From assembly GCA_963821715.1 (NCBI GenBank), contig CAWGET010000010.1, positions 47,990 to 111,989 of the forward strand: DNA of 64,000 nt. Direction: 5' to 3'. This stretch comes from an uncultured Melioribacteraceae bacterium. GTDB taxonomy: Bacteria; Bacteroidota; Ignavibacteria; Ignavibacteriales; Melioribacteraceae. Positions 29,861-39,775 of this stretch are shown here, piece after piece (within the stretch, counting starts at the first letter, position 1; each line of letters starts with the position of its first letter). The notes beneath the pieces were generated by a model. It did no database searches. It had not been told where the DNA came from and saw only the letters and a list, made by a program, of their open reading frames with translations. A program made the translations under genes and the position numbers.

Positions 29861-31368
29861 AAAAATTAATAATTGAATTACTCCAAAAATATTTTGATCA
29901 GATACGCGAAAACTGGGTGGAAAAACTTCTCTCCGATTTTGGCGACAGGCTTACCGAAAACCAGCTCCGCTCTTTTGTGGAAAACACGATCAATACAATC
30001 ATCGAAATTATTGAGAAAACCGATTACTCAATAGCAGATCAATATTTGATCGATATTTATAATCTATTCTCGCAATCCAGCGTAAATTTATTGGAGATAA
30101 GCCAGTTTTTTACGCAGGGAAGATACGCGATAATTAATTTTATCGAGAACGATGAATCGTATCAATATGATCCGGTAATTCTGCTCGGATTTATGGACGA
30201 AATAATCGAACAGATATTTGCGCGCTACGGAATTATGCACCAGGAAGCGACAATGAAAGAACTGGCTTCCGACAGGGACAGACTGGCGACAAAATTAGAC
30301 ATCAATCAGCAGTATCTTAAAAACATTCTCCACTCTTCCGATTCCGCCATTATGGTTGTGGATTCTCATGAGCGGTTTATCGCATGGAACAAGGGCGCCG
30401 AGAAAATATTCGGATACACGGAAGACGACGTGATCGGCAAAACTTCCTCTCTTCTTCTTCCGAAAGAAAAAAAATATTTTGATGAATTAGAGAAAATAAA
30501 ATTTGAAACGCAAGAGAATGGGTTTCTTCAAATTCCGGAAACCGAAAGAGTTACCAAAGATGGAAGATTGGTTTCCGTCGCGCTTAACGTTTCCGAATTG
30601 CCCGGGAAGAACGGAGAATATATTGGGCGTTCGGTAGTTATTAAAGATTTTACTGAAGTAAAAAAACTTCAGCAGCAGGTTGATCAATCGGAAAAACTGG
30701 TTGTAATCGGACAGCTTGCCGCCGGAGTGGCTCACGAAATCGGAAATCCGCTTACTTCAATTTCTTCTTTGGTTCAGGTTATTCAAAGAAAAACGAAAGA
30801 CGAATTTGTAAGCGAACAGCTCATCACAATAAAAGAAAATATAGACAGAATATCCAAAATTGTGCGCGAACTTGTTGACTTTTCACGTCCGCCAAGCTTC
30901 GAAAAAATGATAATCGATATAACGGACGTTGTTAAAACCGCGCTCGGAATAGTAAAATACGATAAGCGAGTTAAAAAAGTAGATTTCAAAACCGAGTTTG
31001 CGGATGAAATTCCTAAAGTAGATATTGTGCCCGACCAGGTTTTACAGGTTTTTGTAAATATTCTCATCAACGCGTTGGACGCCGTTAAGGGAAACGGAAT
31101 AATTACGGTGAAAACTTATAAGGATCAGGACTCTGTTTATGTTGAAATAATTGACGACGGAATGGGAATGGACCAGCAAACTTTAAATAAGATATTCGAC
31201 CCGTTCTTCACCACAAAAGAAGTTGGGAAAGGAACCGGGTTAGGATTATCGGTGAGTTACGGAATTGTAAAAAAATTCCACGGAGATATTTTAGTAGAAA
31301 GTGAAACCGGGACCGGAAGCAAATTTATTGTTAAACTGCCGGTCTCAAAAAATCAAAACGGAGAATAA
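29857..31368 (+). CDS. PAS-domain sensor histidine kinase
   Basis: 503 aa. A PAS region (IMVVDSHERFIAWNKGAEKIFGY) is followed by H-box AHEIGNPL and the HATPase N/G boxes (NALDA, DDGMGM, GTGLGLS). ATGA overlap with the GGR stop. Confidence 0.9.
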   Translation: MKKLIIELLQKYFDQIRENWVEKLLSDFGDRLTENQLRSFVENTINTIIEIIEKTDYSIADQYLIDIYNLFSQSSVNLLEISQFFTQGRYAIINFIENDESYQYDPVILLGFMDEIIEQIFARYGIMHQEATMKELASDRDRLATKLDINQQYLKNILHSSDSAIMVVDSHERFIAWNKGAEKIFGYTEDDVIGKTSSLLLPKEKKYFDELEKIKFETQENGFLQIPETERVTKDGRLVSVALNVSELPGKNGEYIGRSVVIKDFTEVKKLQQQVDQSEKLVVIGQLAAGVAHEIGNPLTSISSLVQVIQRKTKDEFVSEQLITIKENIDRISKIVRELVDFSRPPSFEKMIIDITDVVKTALGIVKYDKRVKKVDFKTEFADEIPKVDIVPDQVLQVFVNILINALDAVKGNGIITVKTYKDQDSVYVEIIDDGMGMDQQTLNKIFDPFFTTKEVGKGTGLGLSVSYGIVKKFHGDILVESETGTGSKFIVKLPVSKNQNGE

Positions 31369-32733
31369 ATGGCTGCAAAAATAATTATTGTAGATGATGA
31401 AAAAGCGATACGCGATTCCTTAAAAATGATTCTTGAAGACGAAGGTTACGAAACTGAATTGGCGATTGACGGCTTAGATGCTTTAGAAAAAATAAAAGAA
31501 AAGAATTTCGACGTCGCAATTACCGATATAAAAATGCCGAGAATGGACGGAATTGAGTTGCTCGAAAAATCATCAAAAATTTCTCCTAATACTTTTTTTA
31601 TAGTGATGACCGCGTATGCATCGGTGCAGACGGCAATTGACGCTCTTCGACAGGGAGCGTTTGATTATCTGATTAAACCGGTGGAATTCGACGATGTGAT
31701 ACTTCGCGTAAAACGGCTAATGAATTATAAAAATCTGGCTCAGGAAGTTAAATTTTTGAGACAGCAGCTTTCGGAAAAAGCCGACTTCGACAACATCATC
31801 GGCAAAAGCGAAAAGATGCAGAACGTTTATGATCTGATTGAACACGTAGCGCCCACAAACAGCAATGTGCTGATTTCCGGGAAAAGCGGAACGGGAAAAG
31901 AGCTTGTCGCAAAAGCGATTCATTACAACAGTAAGAGAAAAGATCAGGTATTTCTTCCGGTAAACTGCGGAGCCATTTCTGAAAATCTGATCGAAAGCGA
32001 ATTGTTCGGGCACAAGAAGGGCGCATTTACCGGCGCATCGGAAGATAAGCAGGGTTTGTTCAAAGTGGCTGACGGCGGCACGCTCTTTTTAGACGAGATT
32101 GGAGATCTTCCTCTGAATCTTCAGGTTAAACTTTTGCGCGCTATAGAAGACGGAGAATTTCTTCCCGTGGGAGGGACAAAAACAGTAAGCACTGACGTAA
32201 GAATAATTGCCGCAACAAATCAAAATCTTTACGAGAAAACACAATCAGGAGACTTCCGGGAAGATCTATTTTACCGTCTGAATGTTGTTGAAATAAAACT
32301 CCCCGCGCTAAAAGAGAGAAAAGAAGATATACCATTTTTGATAAATCATTTCATCGAAAAATACAGGAATGAAATCGGCAAAAAAATTGTCGGCGTGGAT
32401 AACGAAACTATGAAAATTCTTCTTTCGCACGATTGGCGCGGCGGAGTTAGAGAACTTGAAAACATTATAGAGCGCGCCGTCATCTTCGCCAAAGATGAAT
32501 TGATCTCAGCGGATAATTTAGCCGATTACTTGAAAGGTGGAGATATAAAAGAAGGCTATCCCGATTCCTTAAAAGACGCTTTAAAGGATTTTGAAAAAGA
32601 GCATATTCTAAAAGTGATAAAAAAATGCGATTACAATAAAGAAGAGGCAGCAAAGGCATTAAGCATCGGGCTTTCGTCGCTTTACAGAAAAATGGAAGAA
32701 CTCGGAATCCCGACGAAAACTCCTAAAGAATGA
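31369..32733 (+). CDS. sigma-54-dependent response regulator (NtrC family)
   Basis: 454 aa. Receiver domain (DIKMPRMDG), AAA+ Walker A (GKSGTGKE), GAFTGA loop and C-terminal Fis-type HTH. The ATG directly follows the kinase stop. Confidence 0.95.
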   Translation: MAAKIIIVDDEKAIRDSLKMILEDEGYETELAIDGLDALEKIKEKNFDVAITDIKMPRMDGIELLEKSSKISPNTFFIVMTAYASVQTAIDALRQGAFDYLIKPVEFDDVILRVKRLMNYKNLAQEVKFLRQQLSEKADFDNIIGKSEKMQNVYDLIEHVAPTNSNVLISGKSGTGKELVAKAIHYNSKRKDQVFLPVNCGAISENLIESELFGHKKGAFTGASEDKQGLFKVADGGTLFLDEIGDLPLNLQVKLLRAIEDGEFLPVGGTKTVSTDVRIIAATNQNLYEKTQSGDFREDLFYRLNVVEIKLPALKERKEDIPFLINHFIEKYRNEIGKKIVGVDNETMKILLSHDWRGGVRELENIIERAVIFAKDELISADNLADYLKGGDIKEGYPDSLKDALKDFEKEHILKVIKKCDYNKEEAAKALSIGLSSLYRKMEELGIPTKTPKE

Positions 32734-32787
32734 CGATGTGAGATGTGAGAGGGAGAATCTGGTGGGAAGGGATTCCCTCATAACTCA

Positions 32788-34575
32788 TTACGAATCACTA
32801 TTTTTCCGGCTTTTGTATTTATCCAGATAAAATGCGCTCATTACAAATCCCAGATGTGAAAAAGCTTGCGGATAATTTCCAAGATATTCGCCGGTTTCAG
32901 AGTCCATCTGTTCGGAAATTAATCCATTCGAATTTAAATATTCTTCAAATGTTTCAAATAAATCGGTTGCTGTATCTACATCTTCCAAAATAGCGTAAGC
33001 CGAGATCATCCAAAACGTGCATAAAAGAAAAGCGTTATCCTCGCCTTCAATTCCGTCGTCGGCTATATATCGATAGACAAATATTTTATTATGTGCTAAA
33101 GCCTTCCGCGTGTTATCGAGAATTTTTTTTGTCAGCGGATCCCGCTTGTCTAAAAAGTGAAGAAGAACAAATAAAAAATTTGTCGCGTCCTGGTAACCGG
33201 CGCCTGGATACTGAACAAAAGTTTCCTTCTCTTCGTCGTAACAATTTTTCCATATCCAGTCTTTTATTTCAGCGCGAAGTTTGGTATACTCTTCAATCTT
33301 TTCTTCACCCAATTCTAATATGTCCGCAATTTTTAAAATCCTGTCAATTCCAACCCAAGCCATCACCTTGCTGTAAGTAAAGTGATATTTATCTTTCCGC
33401 ACTTCCCAAATTCCCCTGTCTTTTTCCATCCATCTGCTTTTAATTTTTTCGGCTAGATTAATAAGCAGTTCTTTGTCGGCGCCAAGTTCATCGGGCATTT
33501 TCTTCAGCATAAAATAATAAGCGTCAATCAAAGCTCCGTAAGTATCAAGCTGAAACTGCGTTGACGCTCCGTTTCCGATTCTGACCGGAGAAGAATTCTT
33601 ATAACCGGATAAATAATTTAAAGATCTTTCATCGGGAGCTTTACCGCCGTGGATTGTATAGATTAGATTTACATCGAAATCGTCCTCAGGTCTTTTATCG
33701 GCAATTGTTTTTATATACTGAAAAAACCGAGTGGCTTCTTCGTGTAACTGCAGAATATTAAATGCGTAAAGCGTAAAGGTCGCGTCTCTAATCCAGGTAA
33801 ACCTGTAATCCCAATTTCGCACACCGCCTATTTCGGATGGAAGAGAAGTCGTAGGAGCTGCAACGAGCGCGCCGGTCGGATAATACTGCATCAGCTTTAA
33901 AGCTATTGCTGATCTTGCCTGCTCCTCCTTACAGAAATCATGAAATTTTGCTTTCGTCAGCCAGTTTTTCCAAAACGAAAGCGTTTCCTCTTCTAGATCC
34001 CGCTTCCCGGTTCCGCATTCCCCGTCTCCCTCAAAGTATTCAACTACGAGTTCGGATGCCTCGCCCTGCTTGACTGCAATTTTAATACTTATTCCATTCT
34101 CTTTCTTTACACCAGCATTTTTAGGCAGATTAACAACCAATTGCCCGCCATTCCACACGGCTGATAATTTAGAATTTTCAATCGTAAAATTTAATTCGGA
34201 TTTCCCGTAATCGGGTTTCGGATTTAATGTAAAAATCACTGTGCCGTTTCCGGATATTCCCTCTATCTTCCTTACCAAAAAATGATTTCTGCATTTTTCC
34301 TCAGCATGCGGAAGCATAAAACTCTTTACTGAAATTTCGCTCTCACTGTTTTTAAGCCTTGTTTCAACAATCGCGCTTTCATCCAGATATTCCGATGACG
34401 CTTCAAAATTTTTTTGATCGATACAAAAACTGCCCGCGTCTTCATCAAGAATTTTTGCGAAGACAGAAGGCGAATCAAAATTGGGAAGACAAAGCCAATC
34501 GATGGAGCCGGTTTTGGAAACAAGAGCGGCTGTGTGCAGATCGCCGATTAAAAAATAATCTTTTATTTCGTTCAT
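32788..34575 (-). CDS. glycoside hydrolase family 15 (glucoamylase/trehalase-like)
   Basis: ORF trimmed to the ATG at 34575 (MNEIKDYFLIGDLHTAALVSKTGSIDWLCLPNFDSPSVFA), the typical bacterial GH15 N-terminus. The catalytic-domain segment WIRDATFTLYAF is present. Confidence 0.85.
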   Translation of the reverse strand: MNEIKDYFLIGDLHTAALVSKTGSIDWLCLPNFDSPSVFAKILDEDAGSFCIDQKNFEASSEYLDESAIVETRLKNSESEISVKSFMLPHAEEKCRNHFLVRKIEGISGNGTVIFTLNPKPDYGKSELNFTIENSKLSAVWNGGQLVVNLPKNAGVKKENGISIKIAVKQGEASELVVEYFEGDGECGTGKRDLEEETLSFWKNWLTKAKFHDFCKEEQARSAIALKLMQYYPTGALVAAPTTSLPSEIGGVRNWDYRFTWIRDATFTLYAFNILQLHEEATRFFQYIKTIADKRPEDDFDVNLIYTIHGGKAPDERSLNYLSGYKNSSPVRIGNGASTQFQLDTYGALIDAYYFMLKKMPDELGADKELLINLAEKIKSRWMEKDRGIWEVRKDKYHFTYSKVMAWVGIDRILKIADILELGEEKIEEYTKLRAEIKDWIWKNCYDEEKETFVQYPGAGYQDATNFLFVLLHFLDKRDPLTKKILDNTRKALAHNKIFVYRYIADDGIEGEDNAFLLCTFWMISAYAILEDVDTATDLFETFEEYLNSNGLISEQMDSETGEYLGNYPQAFSHLGFVMSAFYLDKYKSRKNSDS

Positions 34576-34576
34576 T

Positions 34577-35155
34577 TTAATCTTCTGTTTTGTGAAACTT
34601 GTTCGGGAAATTTTCTCTGCCATATTTTAATGTTTTAGCCATCCATATCAATTCATCATAAACTTTATTAACTCTTTCTATATAATTTTCGTCCTGCAAT
34701 TCACCTTCTTCATTAAAAATTTTGCCTACTTTCGGGAACTGCACATCCTGGAATATCGCAACCATTCCCATTTCTCTTACCGTTGCGGCAAGGGCTTCAA
34801 TCGCCCGGATTCCGCCCCACATTCCCCCGGAAACGCCCGCAAATGCAACAGGTTTATGAATATAATTTTTTAATTCGCTGTCTAACATTCTCTTCAATGT
34901 TCCGGGATAACTGTGATTGTATTCCGGCGTAACAATAAAAAAAGCGTCGGCTTTTTTTGTAAGCTCGCCGTATCTCGGGTCTTTCACTTCCTTATTATTT
35001 CCGTCATAAGGAAAATTATAATCGAGCGGATCTACCAATTCGGCCTCAATGCCGTCTCTCTTATTCCCGATTTCCGTGATTAATTTTGCGGCATGTATAG
35101 ATTTTCTCCCCGGACGAGTCGTGCCTTCAAGCACGGGAATAAATAATTTACTCAT
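34577..35155 (-). CDS. NADPH-dependent FMN reductase-family flavoprotein
   Basis: 192 aa with the flavodoxin-like TPEYNHSYPGTLK segment. Its stop lies 1 nt from the GH15 start. Confidence 0.8.
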   Translation of the reverse strand: MSKLFIPVLEGTTRPGRKSIHAAKLITEIGNKRDGIEAELVDPLDYNFPYDGNNKEVKDPRYGELTKKADAFFIVTPEYNHSYPGTLKRMLDSELKNYIHKPVAFAGVSGGMWGGIRAIEALAATVREMGMVAIFQDVQFPKVGKIFNEEGELQDENYIERVNKVYDELIWMAKTLKYGRENFPNKFHKTED

Positions 35156-35355
35156 AATGTTCTCTCATTATTATCAAACCAAGATCAGTAGTTAGAATTT
35201 TTTTACGCAATTTTTGCAGCCCTGCTGAAAGTTCTTTTTGGAATTCATCTTTTTAATATATAACCTAATTCTTAGGAAACAAGTTCACCGTGAAGAATTT
35301 GATCCTCAAATTAATTATTTTTAAAATAATTTTTTTGATGACAACCCGGATTGGA

Positions 35356-36213
35356 ATGAAATCATTTGCCTGTTTATTTTTAGGATTATCGACCGTAGAT
35401 ATGAATTATAGGCTGAATGCATTTCCTTTACCGGACTCCAAAAATAATTCCGAAGCCGTGGAAATAACAGCCGGGGGTCCTGCATTAAATGCGGCAGCGG
35501 CATTTTCTCATCTTGGCGGGAAAACTAAACTGATCTCCGCCGTCGGCTCACATCAAATCGCACAAATCATTTTTCAAGATTTGAAAAATTTAAATATTGA
35601 AGTCGACGATCTTTCTTCAAATGAAAATTCAACGCCCGTGATATCTTCAATAATTATCAGCGATGAAGGAAAGCGGACAATAATTACTACGAAGCCGGAA
35701 ATAAAATCATCCAACAAAATTGATTTTGAAAATGCGCTTAGTGGATTTGACGCTTTAATGGTTGACGGATATTACGCCGATGCCACGGTTGAAGCCGCCG
35801 AAATTGCGCGAAAGAAAAATATTCCGGTAATTCTTGACGGAGGAAGCTGGAAAGAAAAAACGGAAATGATCCTTCCGTTTGTAACTGATGCGATTTGTTC
35901 TTCAAAATTTTTTCCGCCCGGTTTAAAAGATAAATCCGAAATATTAAATTATCTTATCGAATCAGGAATTGAGAGAGCGGCTATAACAGACGGCGAAAAT
36001 CCAATTGAATTCAGATCGGCGGAAGATCATGGAATCATATTACCTCCGAAAATAAAAGCGATAGATACTTCCGCCGCCGGCGATATTTTCCATGGCGCTT
36101 ATGTCTATTATTATTTAAAATATTCTGATCTTGAAAAAGCTTTAAAGTCGGCGTCGATTATAGCCGCAGAATCGTGCAAATATTCCGGTTCGAGAAACTG
36201 GATGAAAGCATAA
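35356..36213 (+). CDS. PfkB-family carbohydrate kinase
   Basis: Ribokinase-like protein with GGPALNAAAA and the C-terminal DTSAAGDIFHGA motif. Start uncertain: GTG 35290, ATG 35338 or ATG 35356. I chose 35356 by analogy with typical PfkB N-termini. Confidence 0.75.
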   Translation: MKSFACLFLGLSTVDMNYRLNAFPLPDSKNNSEAVEITAGGPALNAAAAFSHLGGKTKLISAVGSHQIAQIIFQDLKNLNIEVDDLSSNENSTPVISSIIISDEGKRTIITTKPEIKSSNKIDFENALSGFDALMVDGYYADATVEAAEIARKKNIPVILDGGSWKEKTEMILPFVTDAICSSKFFPPGLKDKSEILNYLIESGIERAAITDGENPIEFRSAEDHGIILPPKIKAIDTSAAGDIFHGAYVYYYLKYSDLEKALKSASIIAAESCKYSGSRNWMKA

Positions 36214-36305
36214 TTATTTCAAAGACTTTATATTAATATTGTAAGCACATAAATTATTTAACTGATTTTATTTTTTGAGAATAAATTCTAAACACGGATT
36301 AACAA

Positions 36306-37406
36306 ATGAAAAAATTATCTCTTCTTACATTTTATTTTTTATTATCAATGCTGGTATCGGCGTCGGACTTTTCCAAAGTTGACAAAGTAATTCAAAACGC
36401 AATTGCCGATTCGGTTTTTCCGGGAGCTTCTTTAATTATAGGAAGTTCCGACTCGATCTTCTATCAAAAAGCGTATGGAAATTTTACTTATGATTCAAAT
36501 TCTCCGGAAGTTACAACCGAAACAATTTATGATCTCGCATCGGTAACAAAAGCGTTCGGGACAAATTTTGTAATCATGAAATTAGTCGACGAAGGAAAGG
36601 TGAAACTCAATGATCCGGTCGCAAAATATTTGCCGAGGTTTTCCGCTCATCATAAAGAAAAAGTTTTAATTAAAGATCTGCTTATTCACGAAAGCGGACT
36701 ACCCGCTTATTATTCGCCTAAGCCGGGAGAGACGCGCGACACGGTAATAAGCAGAATTATGGATCTTCCTTTGAGATATAAAACAAATGAAAAAATGGTT
36801 TACAGCTGCCTAAATTTTGTAACGCTTATGCTTGTCGCCGAATCGGTAACCGGCGAACCGCTTTATCAATATTATAAAGAGAATTTTACCGAACCCCTCA
36901 AGATGAAAAACACAACGTTCGTTCCTTCTGAAAATTTGCGGGCAAGTTGTTCGCCAACTTCACCAAAACTTCAGGGAGCCGTTCACGATCCTTTGGCGCG
37001 TGGACTTGAAGGGTTATCCGGAAATGCCGGACTCTTTTCCACATCCGGCGATCTTGCAAAACTTGCTCAGCTGCTTATGAATAAAGGGACGTATAATGGT
37101 AAAAAATATTTCAGCAAAGAAATAATAGAAAAATTTACGACGAGAAATTCCGATAAAACTACGCGCGCGTTAGGCTTCGACACAAAATCACTGGAAGGCT
37201 ATTCCACAGCGGGCAAATATTTTTCCGATAAATCATTTGGGCATACCGGGTTTACCGGAACATCGATCTGGATCGATCCGGAAAATGATTTATTCGTTGT
37301 CTTCTTAACAAACAGGGTTTATCCCGATGAAAAATCTTCAATCGTTAAAACGCGTCCGGCTCTTCACGACGCGGTGTTCGAAGCGGTAAAAAAGAACGAA
37401 GGATAA
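36306..37406 (+). CDS. beta-lactamase-fold serine hydrolase
   Basis: 366 aa. Signal peptide, SxxK motif (ASVTKAF) and a later HTGFTG motif. Confidence 0.85.
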   Translation: MKKLSLLTFYFLLSMLVSASDFSKVDKVIQNAIADSVFPGASLIIGSSDSIFYQKAYGNFTYDSNSPEVTTETIYDLASVTKAFGTNFVIMKLVDEGKVKLNDPVAKYLPRFSAHHKEKVLIKDLLIHESGLPAYYSPKPGETRDTVISRIMDLPLRYKTNEKMVYSCLNFVTLMLVAESVTGEPLYQYYKENFTEPLKMKNTTFVPSENLRASCSPTSPKLQGAVHDPLARGLEGLSGNAGLFSTSGDLAKLAQLLMNKGTYNGKKYFSKEIIEKFTTRNSDKTTRALGFDTKSLEGYSTAGKYFSDKSFGHTGFTGTSIWIDPENDLFVVFLTNRVYPDEKSSIVKTRPALHDAVFEAVKKNEG

Positions 37407-37408
37407 TT

Positions 37409-37897
37409 ATGGATTATCTGTTATTTGCAGCCGGAGTTATTTTATCCCTCGCGGGAATAATCGGCTGTATAATGCCGGCTCTTCCCGGTCCCCCGCTTAA
37501 TTTTCTCGCGCTCGTTCTTCTGAAATTCGCAGTCGGCGATTTATTAAGCGCTAATCTTCTAATAACTTTCGGCGTTCTTACACTGGTTGTTTCAGTTTTG
37601 GATTATTTAATTCCGGGCTGGGGCGCAAAAGTTTTCGGCGCATCGAAATACGGAGTTTGGGGATCGTTCATCGGAATGATAATCGGGATTTTTTTCTTTC
37701 CGCCGCTGGGAATGATCATCGGATTATTGATCGGAGCGATTGTGGGAGAATTAATTTCCGGACAGAAAAGATCAGCCGCATTCAAAGCCGGACTCGGTTC
37801 GTTCCTTTTTAGCTTAATTGCGATGTTCTTAAAATTATCTCTATCGGTTGTTATGACTTACTATTTTTTTAAGATTGGAATTCCTGTAATATTTTGA
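37409..37897 (+). CDS. DUF456-like membrane protein
   Basis: 162 aa with four TM helices and an N-terminal segment IGCIMPALPGPPLNF typical of DUF456. Confidence 0.55.
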   Translation: MDYLLFAAGVILSLAGIIGCIMPALPGPPLNFLALVLLKFAVGDLLSANLLITFGVLTLVVSVLDYLIPGWGAKVFGASKYGVWGSFIGMIIGIFFFPPLGMIIGLLIGAIVGELISGQKRSAAFKAGLGSFLFSLIAMFLKLSLSVVMTYYFFKIGIPVIF

Positions 37898-37976
37898 TGA
37901 AACCCTTGAAATATCACCCGAAATTGTAATTGAATTAATTTTATTTAAAGTATATTTAGACTAAAAAAGTCATCCC

Positions 37977-38258
37977 GTGAAATTGAGTGAATCGATCAAA
38001 TCAATAAGTTATTTAAAAGCCAACGCCGCGGAGATAATAAATACGATCAAAGATAAAAAAGAGCCTTACATCATCACCCAAAACGGAGAAGCCAAAGCCG
38101 TAATTCAGAATATTGAGGAATATGAAAAAACTCAGGAGACCTTGGCTATGTTGAAGTTACTTTCGATGTCCGACACGAAAAATAAGCGAACAAAAGGAAT
38201 TAGAGAAACTTTTGCAGAGATCAAAAAAAGAATTAACAATCAAACAAAAACTTCCTGA
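37977..38258 (+). CDS. Phd/YefM-family antitoxin
   Basis: 93 aa (GTG start) with KEPYIITQNGEAKAVIQNIEEYEKTQETLAMLK, the Phd/YefM core. Confidence 0.8.
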   Translation: MKLSESIKSISYLKANAAEIINTIKDKKEPYIITQNGEAKAVIQNIEEYEKTQETLAMLKLLSMSDTKNKRTKGIRETFAEIKKRINNQTKTS

Positions 38259-38261
38259 ATA

Positions 38262-38397
38262 ATGGAATTATGAAGTGATTATTGCTCTTCCAGGCAAAGG
38301 CATTTATGAAATAAAAAAGAACCGGGTTTTTATCAATTCGGTTCTCGACGGCAGAAGAAACATTCAAAAGATTTTAAACGAAAGAATGCTTCGATAA
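38262..38397 (+). pseudogene. remnant of a ParE/RelE-type toxin gene
   Basis: ATG GAA TTA TGA at 38262-73 sits where a toxin start is expected. From 38275 an open frame encodes ...GKGIYEIKKNRVFINSVLDGRRNIQKILNERMLR, resembling the C-terminus of ParE/RelE toxins (..I.RVLHGRRD..). The N-terminal half or more is missing. Confidence 0.45.
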
Positions 38398-38439
38398 TTT
38401 ATTTATCAAATAACAAATTTAAAAATTGGAGAAGACTAA

Positions 38440-39684
38440 ATGAAAAAATTTTTGTTACTTATTTTAATGATGTCCGCTTCTATGATTTCCTGCAGTGAAG
38501 AAAACGTTGAAAAGCAGAACACAGTTGTCGGCGCCGATATTTTGATGAACGAAAAATTCGACTTGATTAAAGGAAAGAACGTAGGGCTTATTGTAAACCA
38601 TACTGCGCTTTTATCGGACGGGACTCATCTTGCGGACGCGATTAACGAAAATGAGGAAGTAGAACTTGCAGTATTATTCGGACCGGAACACGGAGTCCGC
38701 GGCGATACTACCGGAGCTGTTAAAGACGCAGTAGATACAAAAACCGGCGCGCCTATTTATTCGCTTTACGGCAAATCATACAAGCCGGCACAGGAACAGT
38801 TAGAAAACGTCGATGTTTTGATTTATGATATTCAGGATGTAGGAGCCCGCTTTTATACTTACATTTCAACGCTTGGCCACGTAATGGAAGCGGCGGCGGA
38901 CGCGGGAATTCCGGTAATTGTTCTCGACCGGCCAAATCCGATAACCGGTTTAAAAGTGGACGGATTTGTAACCGAAGACTCGATGAAATCATTTGTCGCT
39001 TTCGGGAAACTCCCGGTTATGCACGGAATGACCGTTGGCGAGATAGCGAAAATTTATAACGGCGAAGGAATGCTGGGAGAAAATAAAAAGGCCGATCTTA
39101 CAGTTGTTGAAATGAAAAACTGGACGCGCGATCTCTGGTTTGACGAAACAAATTTACGCTGGGTAAAAACTTCACCAAATCTCCCTGTTCTCGAAACCGC
39201 TGTTGTTTATCCCGGAACCTGTTTTTTTGAAGGCACAAATATTTCGGAAGGCAGAGGAACCGAGAAACCTTTCGAATTTATTGGCGCTCCATACGCTGAC
39301 GCGGATTCGGTAGCTGCTCTTCTAAATAAACAAAATTTAAAAGGCGTCCAATTCGAAGCTATTGAATTCACTCCGGAAAAACTTCCGCAGAATGCTTATG
39401 CTCCAAAATATACCGGTGAAAAATGTAAAGGTGTTTATGTGAACGTTGTGAACAGAGATACATTTGAACCTGTGAAGACAGGAGTAAATTTACTTTGGGC
39501 GTTTCATAAAGTGAACCCGGATGAATTTAAGTGGCGGGAAAAAACAATTGACCGTCTCGCGGCTACTCCCGATCTCCGCAAGATGATTAACGACGGCAAA
39601 ATGCCGGATGAAATTGCCGCTTCGTGGAAAAATGATCTTGAGCAATTTATGAGCGTGAGAAAAAATTATCTTCTATATGAATAA
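38440..39684 (+). CDS. DUF1343 / NamZ-family exo-beta-N-acetylmuramidase-like lipoprotein
   Basis: 414 aa. Lipobox MISCS, with GLIVNHTALLSDG and DIQDVGARFYTYIST segments typical of DUF1343. Confidence 0.8.
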   Translation: MKKFLLLILMMSASMISCSEENVEKQNTVVGADILMNEKFDLIKGKNVGLIVNHTALLSDGTHLADAINENEEVELAVLFGPEHGVRGDTTGAVKDAVDTKTGAPIYSLYGKSYKPAQEQLENVDVLIYDIQDVGARFYTYISTLGHVMEAAADAGIPVIVLDRPNPITGLKVDGFVTEDSMKSFVAFGKLPVMHGMTVGEIAKIYNGEGMLGENKKADLTVVEMKNWTRDLWFDETNLRWVKTSPNLPVLETAVVYPGTCFFEGTNISEGRGTEKPFEFIGAPYADADSVAALLNKQNLKGVQFEAIEFTPEKLPQNAYAPKYTGEKCKGVYVNVVNRDTFEPVKTGVNLLWAFHKVNPDEFKWREKTIDRLAATPDLRKMINDGKMPDEIAASWKNDLEQFMSVRKNYLLYE

Positions 39685-39775
39685 CGGAACAGAGTAATCG
39701 AAGCGGAAACAGTTGATTCTTACTCTTTTTATTTTAATCTTAAAAAGACTAACTAACTTTTTAAGGTGATCGAAG

